NCBI GenBank assembly: GCA_002010065.2
Contig: MTMD02000008.1
Coordinates: forward strand, 224,001 to 288,000
Source of the DNA: Candidatus Pyrohabitans jungbluthii
Lineage (GTDB): Archaea > Hydrothermarchaeota > Hydrothermarchaeia > Hydrothermarchaeales > BMS3B
Reading direction: 5' to 3'
Length of the DNA stretch: 64,000 bases
Shown: positions 1-8,976 of the stretch, one piece after another
Numbering within the stretch: position 1 is the stretch's first letter
How the letters are laid out: the number at the start of each line of letters is the position of its first letter
Notes under the pieces: model-generated
What the model saw: the letters and a program-made list of their open reading frames with translations, nothing else
The model's database searches: none
What the model was told of the DNA's origin: nothing
Translations under genes and position numbers: made by a program

Positions 1-849
1 CAGGTTATTGTCGGATTCTCAGCGCCTGAAGATAAGAGAGGAGCCTACCTGGGCGCCTACTTTACCCTTGCCGCCCTCGGCTCGAGCATTGGCTACGCCC
101 TCTACGGTTTTCTGCCCCTGAGCAGCACCTACCTTATACTCACCGGTGCTGCACTCTATGCGCTCTCCGCAGTGGTTGCAGCTTTTCTGTTTTCTACCTC
201 TTACACCCCTGAGAAATATTTTGAGCATAGGAGGAAAAGGGATAAACTCCGTTTGAGCAGTTTTCCACCTCTTACAATATGGGTTTTGATGATTTCTTTT
301 GCAACAGGAGGAGTTTTAGGGCTGATGAATGAATATCTCTACATCTTTCTCTACGAGGTGCACAGTTTAACAAGAAGTGAGCTGGGATATGTGCTTACGC
401 TTGCAACGCTTCTGGGTGTTTTCAGCGGCATCCTTTCAGGTTTTCTGTCAGACAGATTTGGCATCAAGAATGTTCTGGTTATAATTCTGTTGCTATCCTC
501 CGTCGGTCTATTTTCCCTTGCAGTCTCACCGAGCAGGTTAATTGTTGCTCTTTCGCTTGCCGCTGTACTTCTGGCAGGTAAGGCAACATTTCCCATTACA
601 CGCAACATCGCTGTGGCAGGAAACTGGGCTTTTGCAGGCACCGTCGTGGGTCTCTCCAATACCTTCTCCAACGCAGGCTCGGCGATATTTCCGCTGATTG
701 CGGGGTATATTTACGATGCTTTTGAAGGTGAAATTATATTCGGGATAGATGGACGAGCGATGCCGCTGATTTTGTCTTCGCTCGCGGTGCTTTTCCTGGC
801 TGTTCTTTCACCTCTCGCAAGAGAAAGGAAATATCGAGAGAAACCATAG
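1..849 (+). CDS. MFS transporter, 5'-truncated by window edge
   Basis: Frame 1 is open from base 1 (QVIVGFSAPEDKRGAYLGAY...). Multiple TM helices and MFS motif A (GFLSDRFGIK). Confidence 0.85.
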   Translation, partial: QVIVGFSAPEDKRGAYLGAYFTLAALGSSIGYALYGFLPLSSTYLILTGAALYALSAVVAAFLFSTSYTPEKYFEHRRKRDKLRLSSFPPLTIWVLMISFATGGVLGLMNEYLYIFLYEVHSLTRSELGYVLTLATLLGVFSGILSGFLSDRFGIKNVLVIILLLSSVGLFSLAVSPSRLIVALSLAAVLLAGKATFPITRNIAVAGNWAFAGTVVGLSNTFSNAGSAIFPLIAGYIYDAFEGEIIFGIDGRAMPLILSSLAVLFLAVLSPLARERKYREKP

Positions 850-910
850 CATTTTTTCTGACCCTATGAATAGCTTTATCTGCTCTAACTATATCCTCCT
901 ACGCCAATTT

Positions 911-1321
911 CTAAAGAAATCCCGATATAACTTCCTCAACATACAATCCTTGAGCCGGTTTAAACAAACTGAGGATTATGAGGGGCAGAAATACTATAAT
1001 CCTCAGAGATAGAGGGTTAAGCAACACCATCCCGGCAACAGCCAGCTTCTTCAGCCCGCTGGGGATTTTCTCCCTTCTCCAGCGGTATTCTAAAAGCACA
1101 ACCACAGAGCAAACGAAAGGATAGTAGATGATTGCGCTAAAGAGATAGGATACCACCAGAGTTATGAAGGGCAGCTTAGGTGGCGCGACGACCTCTACTT
1201 CGGGTGGCACGAACAGGTGAAGCCAGAGGTACCCTGAAAGCTCAATCAACCCCGGAAAAGCCAAGGCGGCGATAACCTTTTTTCTGTCAGGTTTGAGAAG
1301 CTCAGCTATGGCGGAGGTCAT
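911..1321 (-). CDS. Hypothetical membrane protein, possibly C-terminally truncated
   Basis: 136-aa ORF with 3-4 hydrophobic segments. Ends in GLYVEEVISG, resembling the start of a PDZ domain. Confidence 0.5.
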   Translation of the reverse strand: MTSAIAELLKPDRKKVIAALAFPGLIELSGYLWLHLFVPPEVEVVAPPKLPFITLVVSYLFSAIIYYPFVCSVVVLLEYRWRREKIPSGLKKLAVAGMVLLNPLSLRIIVFLPLIILSLFKPAQGLYVEEVISGFL

Positions 1322-1442
1322 GATTCATCCGCCTCTAAAATCCTGGTGGTGGATAAACATCAGAGAACTGCTTTTATGTGTTCCTACCTCCTTCTCTTAA
1401 CGGGATCTCTTCTCTAAAAGGATTGTTATAGTAAATATAAAT

Positions 1443-2119
1443 TCATACCTTATATTTTCTTTGCCAGAGATCCTTAACTAAACTTAAAACTTCATAAAAT
1501 CTTTCTTTGCCCTGTTTTATGTTCTCTTCCGGTTTCACGCGTGGATAAAAACTTTTTCCCAGGTCTTCTATCGCAAATAAAAATTCTTCAAACTGCACTA
1601 CAGCATGATATGGGTTTTGTCTAATTACGACTTCAAGTATCACCTTATCAGAAGGTATCCAGCTAAATATTGGCTTCATGCTTGAACTCACCCATTTTCC
1701 CTCTAACCATTTTTCAAAGTGTTGTATAGTTTTTTGCTTAGGTTCAAATTTGTTAATTTTAGCAATAGCAGAATAAAGTTCTGCAAAATTCTCTGCTAAG
1801 GCATCAGAAGAGGTATATTTTCCCAGCCCCGAGAGATAAAATGGAGAAGGATGAAATATTATTTTAATATTTTGCTTATTAAGCAGCAGGTCAATTTTTG
1901 GAGCGGATACCCTGAACCCAATAACACATAGCTTTTTCCCTTATCTAATACTTCTTTTAGTCCAACTATAAAATCAATAGGATTTATTTTCACTTGCGCA
2001 ACAATCTCCTTATTATTTTCATCAATTAGTTTCATTATAATTGGAAAACCCTCTACGTACTCATACCCTTCACTTATATCGTACTCTTCCAGCGCCGGTT
2101 CTAATTTTATCTTTTTCAT
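1443..2119 (-). pseudogene. Putative immunity protein split by a -1 frameshift near 1931-1940
   Basis: ORFs 1859-2119 and 1443-1691 join through a stop-free alternative frame (GKKLCVIGFRVSAPKIDLLLNK...) that starts at GGGAAAAAG. The ATG overlaps the TGA of the upstream toxin remnant. Confidence 0.55.
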
Positions 2120-2250
2120 AAGCAAGCCCTCGGTTTTAGTAGGTTACTAGGATTTACTTCATAATACTTTATTCCGGCTCCACACTTTTTACATATTTCA
2201 TTTAATCCAGCAATGTAAGTTGTTATAACACCGTTTTTACCTAATATACA
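2116..2250 (-). pseudogene. Orphan toxin C-terminal remnant
   Basis: Start-less 44-codon frame CILGKNGVITTYIAGLNEICKKCG...KPRACL*. GVITTY parallels GNVQTAY of the neighbouring toxin. Its TGA overlaps the next ATG. Confidence 0.5.
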
Positions 2251-2251
2251 G

Positions 2252-2659
2252 TTATTTAAGCTTCAAATACTTTTTATATTTTTCAAGATATTTTTCCTTC
2301 AACTTTGATGAAGGGTCCCGCCCGTCCTTGATTTTAATGACCTTCTGAATTGCAGAAGTAAGCTCGTTCACAAAATCTTTATAAGGAACACTTACTATTA
2401 AATCTCCCTCATTGAAATCGAGATATATGTTATCTTTCTTTCGCTTAATTTTGATTGAACAATAGGGTCCTAAAAAGGTATTAAATTCTTGCCTGTTATT
2501 CAAGTCTTCTAAAATAGTGAGAAGCTCACGCAAAGACCCATAACATGTAATACTCTCATCGTTTAAAATGATTTTTATTTCTAAATCGTCTGGAACAATA
2601 AAAGTATCCCACCCTCCGTCAACATTTTTAACCTTAATCCTCACTGGTTTAATCATCAT
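2252..2659 (-). CDS. Putative immunity protein
   Basis: 135-aa AT-rich ORF translationally coupled (ATGA overlap at 2656-2659) to the toxin domain. Confidence 0.6.
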   Translation of the reverse strand: MMIKPVRIKVKNVDGGWDTFIVPDDLEIKIILNDESITCYGSLRELLTILEDLNNRQEFNTFLGPYCSIKIKRKKDNIYLDFNEGDLIVSVPYKDFVNELTSAIQKVIKIKDGRDPSSKLKEKYLEKYKKYLKLK

Positions 2660-3274
2660 ATGACTCCCTCAACGGGTACCGGGACAATTTTATTTTTCTC
2701 ATATATCTTTTTAAATCCAGTTTGTCTTAAAATATGTCTAATTGCCCAGTCATCTGAATATCTATTTATATTCCTTCCCGGCATTGGAATATATGCAGTT
2801 TGAACATTACCGTTAGCATCAACAAAAACTACAACAATATATCCGCCCAACTTCTTCACATACATCCGATAACCATTTGCATCCTCATAAATTTCATCAG
2901 GATTTTCGATAACATCTCTGATGGTATCCTCTACTGATTTTTTTATCCTTTCCAATTTCAGGATGTTTTTTAATGATCTTTTCAATAGTTTCGTCATTTA
3001 AATTAACTTCTCTGCCCTGAGGATCATGAATTATAATCGCTCGATTAATAACTATATTAACCACAACATATACCCCTACCGCAACAGCCGCGACTATTAT
3101 CACTTCTGGTGCGAGTAGCGAAGCAATAATCTCTGCCAGCGTAGCGGAGGATGTTACTGTCACACCTCCAACCACTACCCACAGCGGAACCATTGAAGAA
3201 AGCTCTGGATCACTCGGATTCGTCAGTGTAATTGTTATCTCTGCAATATTGTTATCTTCTCTAAGCTCGTCAAC
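2656..3274 (-). pseudogene. Orphan polymorphic-toxin module: CARDB-like tail, hydrophobic segment, BECR/PBECR-like RNase; frameshift in A7 run at 2938-2944
   Basis: Joined frame reads VDELREDNNIAEITITL...WVVVGGV...AAVAVGVYVVV...KHPE...VIENPDEIYED...YVKKLGGYIVVVFVDANGNVQTAY. Confidence 0.65.
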
Positions 3275-3329
3275 TTATGCAGGGCTTCACTGTCTCAACA
3301 GAGACTTAGCCTTTCCATTCCTGAAAAAC

Positions 3330-4091
3330 TCAGGAATGGGTTTCTCGTTCTCTAATGATTAATTCTCGCCTTAAGTTGATACGTGTTTTGAAGTCGCCAA
3401 GTTTTTTAAAAATTTCCGGATTCTCTTCAACATAAAATACGCCTTTTTCATATCCGCTAACAACTAATTCCTCAACGAAATCCTTAACAAAATAATTGTA
3501 GTCGAGTTCATTAATTATGGCAAGCGCTCCCTGCTTGCTTTTTCCTAAATATTCCTTGGCTTTATTACAGTGTTCTAATGCGTTCTCGTATTCCTTGAGC
3601 TTTTGGTAAACCATAGCAAGCATTTCGCAATAGAGGCCGGCATCACCGTAAAATAGTTTGTTAGTTGCAGCTTTCCTCTCATAACTTCTTAATTTGATAT
3701 CCAAAAAGTCAATTACTTTTTGATAAATTTTTTTAGCTTGTTCTTTTTTATTTAATTGTGAGTAGATATCACCAATTCTTTTTCTTGTCCAGTTTATATG
3801 AAATTCTATTCCTGGAGCTGTATATGTTTCTTCTGTAAGTGCAAATACAACAATACTTTTTTCATACGCTTCTATAACTTTTTCAAAGAGTTTCTTCGCT
3901 TCTTCTAATTTTCCCATTTTATTATAACAAAATGCAGCTGCTTTAAAAAATTCAGCAGCCCATATATATCCAAGATAGCTGTCTTCAGCATCTTTGTATT
4001 CCTCTTTTGCATACTCTAAGTATATCTTTGCTGCCTTTTCATACTCTCCTTTTTTTTCATATTGAGCAGTATTCACATTTTTATTTGTCAT
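3330..4091 (-). CDS. TPR/alpha-helical repeat protein, candidate immunity protein
   Basis: 253 aa with repeated A-A-x-x-Y/F helical-repeat patterns, GGAGAGG RBS, AT-rich. Confidence 0.7.
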   Translation of the reverse strand: MTNKNVNTAQYEKKGEYEKAAKIYLEYAKEEYKDAEDSYLGYIWAAEFFKAAAFCYNKMGKLEEAKKLFEKVIEAYEKSIVVFALTEETYTAPGIEFHINWTRKRIGDIYSQLNKKEQAKKIYQKVIDFLDIKLRSYERKAATNKLFYGDAGLYCEMLAMVYQKLKEYENALEHCNKAKEYLGKSKQGALAIINELDYNYFVKDFVEELVVSGYEKGVFYVEENPEIFKKLGDFKTRINLRRELIIRERETHS

Positions 4092-4101
4092 TTTTCCTCT
4101 C

Positions 4102-4305
4102 CTAACAACCTATGTTCTCAGGCACGACCCCTATTTTTGGATCTCTCAATGCCTTTTCCAAATTTTGATCTATTCTGCCCTTATATTTCGTATAATCTTG
4201 GTTTTTTAGCCACCTTGCTATTTCTTTCCACTTTTTTGGGCTTTTTAGCCCTTCTTTTCATGAAAGCCTTCCATCCTACTATCCTCTGCCCTCTATAATC
4301 AACCG
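4102..4305 (-). pseudogene. Basic start-less gene remnant, probable toxin C-terminus, frameshifted in an A6 run
   Basis: Joined frame SVDYRGQRIVGWKAFMKRRAKKPKKWKEIARWLKNQDY...VVPENIGC* ends 10 nt before the TPR gene start. Confidence 0.35.
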
Positions 4306-4400
4306 ATATTTATACTTTTTTGGAAATTTCCTTCAAATAAATCGAACAATTTCAATTTAGTAACCTTCTGTTATTGTAGCAAATTTACAATAACCATCTT

Positions 4401-5501
4401 CTACAACTCCCACCTCTTAAATACCCTCAGCTTAAAGCAGGAAAGCTGCGGCTTTTGTATGCCTTTATACTGCACCAGAACCTTGAAAATCTCACCCATG
4501 CTGCCCGGCATTATGAGCCTCTTCAGCGGTAGAAGCGTTCTGAGATAGGCTTCTTCTCCCTTCTCCTCCCGAAGCTTCAGCATCTCCTGCTCCAAGCCAA
4601 GACCGAGCAGAAAGCTTGCTAAGTCTGTGAAGCCCGCCACCTTTAGCTTAGCCTTCTCGCCAAAGTGCGCCAGCGCCGAGAAGTTCACATGTGAGGTAAT
4701 GTCCTGCTCACCTATGTTGACGTAAGGGTTGGCGATGGCGCGGTGGCGGTGGTAGCACATCAGCGTGCCCGCGCTGCGATAGCTTGCGTAAAGCTCACTG
4801 CTCGGATAGCCGTAGTCTATTGTGAGCAGAAAGCCGCGCTTCAGCACCTGCGAAACCTCGCCGAGCCAGCGCAGTGCTTCCAGGTTAACCTCCGTGCGGA
4901 AGCCGTCGGGAAGGGCAACGCCCAGCTCGCGGAAGTAGCTCTTGAGCTCATCCCCAGCCGGCATCAGCACCTCCTTAAACCCATTTTCGTCAAGGGTAAC
5001 GTACACCTCGTGAAGCTCGCCCTCTCGCACTTCCACCACATGCACGGGAAAAGCGTCCACGAGTTCGTTGGAGAAGATGCATCCCTCCACTTTGCGAAGC
5101 TCTCGCAGAGATTCGACGATCTCCACGCTGTAGTCTTTAAGTGCTGAGCGCTGCATGCGCCTCATGCTGGGAGAACGCTCCACTATGACGTAGCGTACCT
5201 CGCAGCTCAGCGAAGAGAGCACATCCCGGGCGAGCGCACCAGTGCCCGCGCCCATCTCCACCAGGGTAAACTCATCGCTTTCGAGAAGGTGACGCATCTC
5301 CTCAAACTGTTTGGCAAGCATAACGCCGAAGAGGCGGGAAACGTTGGCTGCGGTGAAGTAATCTCCCTGCTTTCCTATCTTCTCCTTCGCTGAGCAATAG
5401 TAGCCATAGCGCTCGTGGTATAGTGCAAGCTCCATGAAGTCCCGGAAGGGTATTGCACCTCGCTTCCTTATCTCCTCTACTATAACCTCGCGCGCACTCA
5501 T
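4401..5501 (-). CDS. SAM-dependent methyltransferase, MidA/NDUFAF7 family
   Basis: Motifs FRDFMELALY..GYY, GDYFTA, EMGAGTG, SNELVDAFP, IDYG, GEQDITSHVNF. Confidence 0.9.
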   Translation of the reverse strand: MSAREVIVEEIRKRGAIPFRDFMELALYHERYGYYCSAKEKIGKQGDYFTAANVSRLFGVMLAKQFEEMRHLLESDEFTLVEMGAGTGALARDVLSSLSCEVRYVIVERSPSMRRMQRSALKDYSVEIVESLRELRKVEGCIFSNELVDAFPVHVVEVREGELHEVYVTLDENGFKEVLMPAGDELKSYFRELGVALPDGFRTEVNLEALRWLGEVSQVLKRGFLLTIDYGYPSSELYASYRSAGTLMCYHRHRAIANPYVNIGEQDITSHVNFSALAHFGEKAKLKVAGFTDLASFLLGLGLEQEMLKLREEKGEEAYLRTLLPLKRLIMPGSMGEIFKVLVQYKGIQKPQLSCFKLRVFKRWEL

Positions 5502-6121
5502 TGCAACCTCGCCTTACCCACGAGCGTTGAGAAGGTTATCTTCCCCCCACCCTCTTTAAAGTACCTGAGCAACCTCTCCCATTTCTCCGGATTCCACTTC
5601 CTCTTAAAGCTGATGAAATAGGTTAAAGCGTCCTCATAGGAATCAAAGTAAACAACCTCCTTCTCCACCAGCAGGTGCTCCACAGCAAACCCATTTTCAG
5701 CGAGGAGCGTCTTCATCCTCCGCCTGGAGTACGCGAATCTAGAACGCCACCCTATCTCCTTAAGGTTCTCCTCCTCTATGCACGCGAAGCACAAGCACTC
5801 CCCCTGCTCAAGCGCCTCCGCCGACTTAACCACGACTGCATCGTCCATAAAAAAGTGTGCCGTAACCATGTCTGGAGCAAAGGCAGAGTAATCGCACTTC
5901 AAAGCGTCGCAGGTGCAGAAGGCCACATTTGTTATGCCCCCGCGTTCAGCCTTTCTTTTCGCTTCCTCAATCGCCTCTTCCGCAACATCTATCCCCACAA
6001 CAAAACCTGCGAGAGGGGCAAGCTTCAGCGCAAGCGCCCCGCTCCCACAGCCCACATCTAAAATGCGCATACTCGCAAGAGTCTCTTCTCTGATAAGCTC
6101 CAGAAGCTTTTGATTTACCAT
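5498..6121 (-). CDS. Class I SAM-dependent methyltransferase
   Basis: ILDVGCGSG motif I; coupled to the downstream methyltransferase. Confidence 0.85.
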   Translation of the reverse strand: MVNQKLLELIREETLASMRILDVGCGSGALALKLAPLAGFVVGIDVAEEAIEEAKRKAERGGITNVAFCTCDALKCDYSAFAPDMVTAHFFMDDAVVVKSAEALEQGECLCFACIEEENLKEIGWRSRFAYSRRRMKTLLAENGFAVEHLLVEKEVVYFDSYEDALTYFISFKRKWNPEKWERLLRYFKEGGGKITFSTLVGKARLQ

Positions 6122-6269
6122 AGTAAAGTAGCACAAAACTACCGAAGTAAGGTTTTGTAAATTTTTAGAAAGAAACCTCTCACGGTTTCATTAAAAATGA
6201 AACCACACTCAAAAACAGGCGAAAGATTTATCTTTAATGAGGTGGAATCAAATTGTGAGGTGATTATTT

Positions 6270-6470
6270 ATGGGAGAACTGCCAGTATCTGCATGCGGTA
6301 GAATAATAAGAAACGCAACAAACATGCGCGTGGGAAGAGACGCTGCTGTTGTTTTAGCTGAGATGCTTGAGGAGATAGGTGAGGAGATAGCCTCAGAGGC
6401 AGGGAAACTGGCTAAACATGCAAAAAGAAAGACAGTGAAAGCCTCTGATATAAAACTGGCTATTAAGTAA
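6270..6470 (+). CDS. Archaeal histone (HMf family)
   Basis: 66 aa, MGELP...RIIR...RV..DA...[15 protein letters not shown]; GAGGTGA RBS. Confidence 0.95.
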   Translation: MGELPVSACGRIIRNATNMRVGRDAAVVLAEMLEEIGEEIASEAGKLAKHAKRKTVKASDIKLAIK

Positions 6471-6495
6471 ATTATGGAATCTACGTCACCCGGAA

Positions 6496-7296
6496 CTATG
6501 TCCCGGGTAACCAGGCACCCATTACATCGTCTCTATCTATTATCCCCACTACTTTTTTATCTTCTGCCACCGGAAGGCGGCCTATCTGCTTTTCAACCAT
6601 AATTTTCCCAGCTTCGCGTACATCAGTTTCTTTGTAAACTGTAACCGCCGGCGTCGTCATTACCTTCTCAACGCTTGGCGGATTTCTGGCTTTGCCTTTG
6701 TCACCCTCCCGCGATATCCTCGCAAATCCCGAGTCTATTATATCCTTTCTGGTAATTATTCCGATTATCTCCCCATTTTTAACCACAGGCATGCCGGAAA
6801 AGCCGGTGTCGTCCATTTTCGCCCAAACCTTGGTTACAGGGTCGTCGTAGCTGCAAGTCACAACCTCTTCTGTCATGATGTCCACGACCCTCTTTTTGAT
6901 GGGCTCATGTCCACTCTCAAGAAGTGCTTTGATGATGTCGTGAGCACTTATTATCCCACGAAGGGTTGAATCCGTAGCCGAGGCGACCACTGGCAGGCGC
7001 TCTACATCCATACGTATCATCCTATCTGCCGCGTCCAGGATGCCCTCCTCCGGCAGAGCGGTAGCCACGCTTGTTGACATTAGCCCGCCCACGAGGAGAT
7101 TTGACCTGCTGGAAGATATCCTCATTATATCTCCACGGGTTATTATCCCTATAAGCCTGCCGTCGCTGTCAACCACGGGAAAGCTCCTGTATCCGTAGTC
7201 TCTGAAGAGAGCTCTAGCCTTCGTGGCTGGTTCATCCTCATGCACAGTTACCACGCTGGTGGTCATTACGTCTTTAACCTTCGGAAGCTCGCTCAA
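6496..7296 (-). CDS. CBS-domain protein (4 CBS repeats)
   Basis: Repeated VMT...PVVD...GIIT..DI motifs. Confidence 0.9.
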   Translation of the reverse strand: MSELPKVKDVMTTSVVTVHEDEPATKARALFRDYGYRSFPVVDSDGRLIGIITRGDIMRISSSRSNLLVGGLMSTSVATALPEEGILDAADRMIRMDVERLPVVASATDSTLRGIISAHDIIKALLESGHEPIKKRVVDIMTEEVVTCSYDDPVTKVWAKMDDTGFSGMPVVKNGEIIGIITRKDIIDSGFARISREGDKGKARNPPSVEKVMTTPAVTVYKETDVREAGKIMVEKQIGRLPVAEDKKVVGIIDRDDVMGAWLPGT

Positions 7297-7308
7297 CTTG
7301 ATGCCCCC

Positions 7309-7863
7309 TCACTCACCCATGAACTCTTCCTTGCAGCTCTCGCACACAAAAATACCGTTCACCTCGTAGAGGGTTACGCCGAAGTCACCGCAGTTCTCAC
7401 AGGTGCCCTTCTCTGGCACTTCCTTGGGCATGCCCTCGCCCTCCTGCTTCATTGCCACAAGTTCGCGAAGCACCTCTATCTGCTCAGGGGCTATGGCGAG
7501 TATATCTTTGTTGGTGATTATCCCCACAAGCTTCCCGTTATCTATAACAGGAAGTCGGCGGATGTTGTACTTTGCCATTATCCTTGATGCTTCTGTGAGG
7601 GTTTTATCTGGCGAAATGGTGCGAAGATTTTTGCTCATTATGTCCTTAACCTTTACAAGAGAGGGTTTCAGATCAGTGGCAGCGACGCAGTAGGCAACAT
7701 CTCGCTCTGTAATAATGCCTATGGGCTTCTCTCCCTGAACCACTACCACGCTTCCTATATTGTTGTCGGCCATAAGCTTAGCTGCTTCCTGAACTGTGGC
7801 ATTTGCATCGATGGTTACCACGGGTCGGGTCATAGCTTCCCTGACCTTGACCTCTGTATCCAT
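7309..7863 (-). CDS. CBS-pair protein with C-terminal zinc ribbon
   Basis: CBS motifs plus CENC...CESC; start MDTEV after a GGAGGT RBS. Confidence 0.9.
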   Translation of the reverse strand: MDTEVKVREAMTRPVVTIDANATVQEAAKLMADNNIGSVVVVQGEKPIGIITERDVAYCVAATDLKPSLVKVKDIMSKNLRTISPDKTLTEASRIMAKYNIRRLPVIDNGKLVGIITNKDILAIAPEQIEVLRELVAMKQEGEGMPKEVPEKGTCENCGDFGVTLYEVNGIFVCESCKEEFMGE

Positions 7864-7935
7864 AGCTTTACCTCCTTCTACGATTGTGGATTTATGTATG
7901 GGATATAAATATTTTGTTCTCAGAAATATAAAAGC

Positions 7936-8418
7936 ATGCATTTCGTTGCAGATGCAATGCTTGGGAAGCTCGCAAGATGGCTCCGCCTCAGTGGTTACGA
8001 CGTTTATTATAGCAGGAGCGCTGAGGATGAAGAATTGCTGAATGTGGCACAGCGCGAAGGGAGAGTGCTTCTAACGAGGGACACGACGCTTGCGGAGAAG
8101 GCGAGGAAGCTGGGGACTAAGGTGGTGCTGGTAGAGAGCAACTCTATTGAGGAGCAGCTCATCCAGCTTAGGAAAGAGCTTGGGTTAAGCTATGAGAAGA
8201 CGCCTGCAAAAGCGCTTTGTCCAGAGTGCAACGGTGAGATTTTGGAGGTGAGCAAGAGCGAGGTCTCTGAGCTCGTGCCTCAGGGCGTGCTTGAGGCTCA
8301 CGAAGAGTTCTACCGCTGCTCGCAATGCGGCAAGGTTTACTGGCACGGCTCCCACTGGCGGAGCATAACCAAAAGGGTGGTGAGAATTGAGGGCAAAGTA
8401 TCGTCTTCCGAGAAGTGA
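7936..8418 (+). CDS. Mut7-C (PIN-like) RNase domain protein
   Basis: FVADAMLGKLARWLRLSGYD, LLTRD, CPECN...CSQCGKVYWHGSH. Confidence 0.9.
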   Translation: MHFVADAMLGKLARWLRLSGYDVYYSRSAEDEELLNVAQREGRVLLTRDTTLAEKARKLGTKVVLVESNSIEEQLIQLRKELGLSYEKTPAKALCPECNGEILEVSKSEVSELVPQGVLEAHEEFYRCSQCGKVYWHGSHWRSITKRVVRIEGKVSSSEK

Positions 8419-8770
8419 CATCGTGGTTAGAGCAGCGCGGGATGTGATCAAAAAAAGAGGGGAGGTTAATTCTCTGGCTCAGATGCACACCCTGGTGCTG
8501 GAGAGGCTGAAGAGGGAAAATCCAGAGTACAGGCTTTCTAGAGCGAGGCTGCTCAAAATCCTTGCTCTCTCGCCGAAGGTGAGGATTAAGGTAGAGAAGC
8601 GCAAAGCAAAGCGAAACCCTGCGCTCTGCCCATTGTGCGGCTCAGAAATGGAAGACCTCTACGGTGTTGACCTTTTCGGCAAAAAGGTTAAGCTCGGTAA
8701 GAGGTGCGTAAACTGCGGATACCGCGTTGAGAGGAGACTGGAGCCAAAAAGGTATGTATTCTACATTTGA
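8387..8770 (+). CDS. Hypothetical basic protein with zinc ribbon
   Basis: 127 aa, CPLCG...CVNCG. Confidence 0.7.
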   Translation: MRAKYRLPRSDIVVRAARDVIKKRGEVNSLAQMHTLVLERLKRENPEYRLSRARLLKILALSPKVRIKVEKRKAKRNPALCPLCGSEMEDLYGVDLFGKKVKLGKRCVNCGYRVERRLEPKRYVFYI

Positions 8771-8835
8771 GCTGAAAGCGGTTAAAAGCGAAAGCCATAT
8801 ATATGCACCCATCGGCAGAAATTCTTGGGGTTTAA

Positions 8836-8976
8836 ATGAAGCTTAAATTCAGATTGATAGACGTGCTCAGGGCAAAATTGGGGGAAACGGAGGATATAGA
8901 TAAAGAGCTTATTGACAGGTTTGAGGATATTGAGAAGAGTCTGGAGAGGGGAAGCTGGCGCATCGTAGCACCTTAA
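8836..8976 (+). CDS. Small hypothetical protein (46 aa), not in the ORF track
   Basis: MKLKFRLIDVLRAKLGETEDIDKELIDRFEDIEKSLERGSWRIVAP; TATA-like ATATATAT about 35 nt upstream. Confidence 0.45.
   Translation: MKLKFRLIDVLRAKLGETEDIDKELIDRFEDIEKSLERGSWRIVAP

Noticed and set aside
860-950. Frameshifted PDZ continuation of ORF 911-1321
   Set aside because: Downstream frames contain stops and the similarity is too weak.
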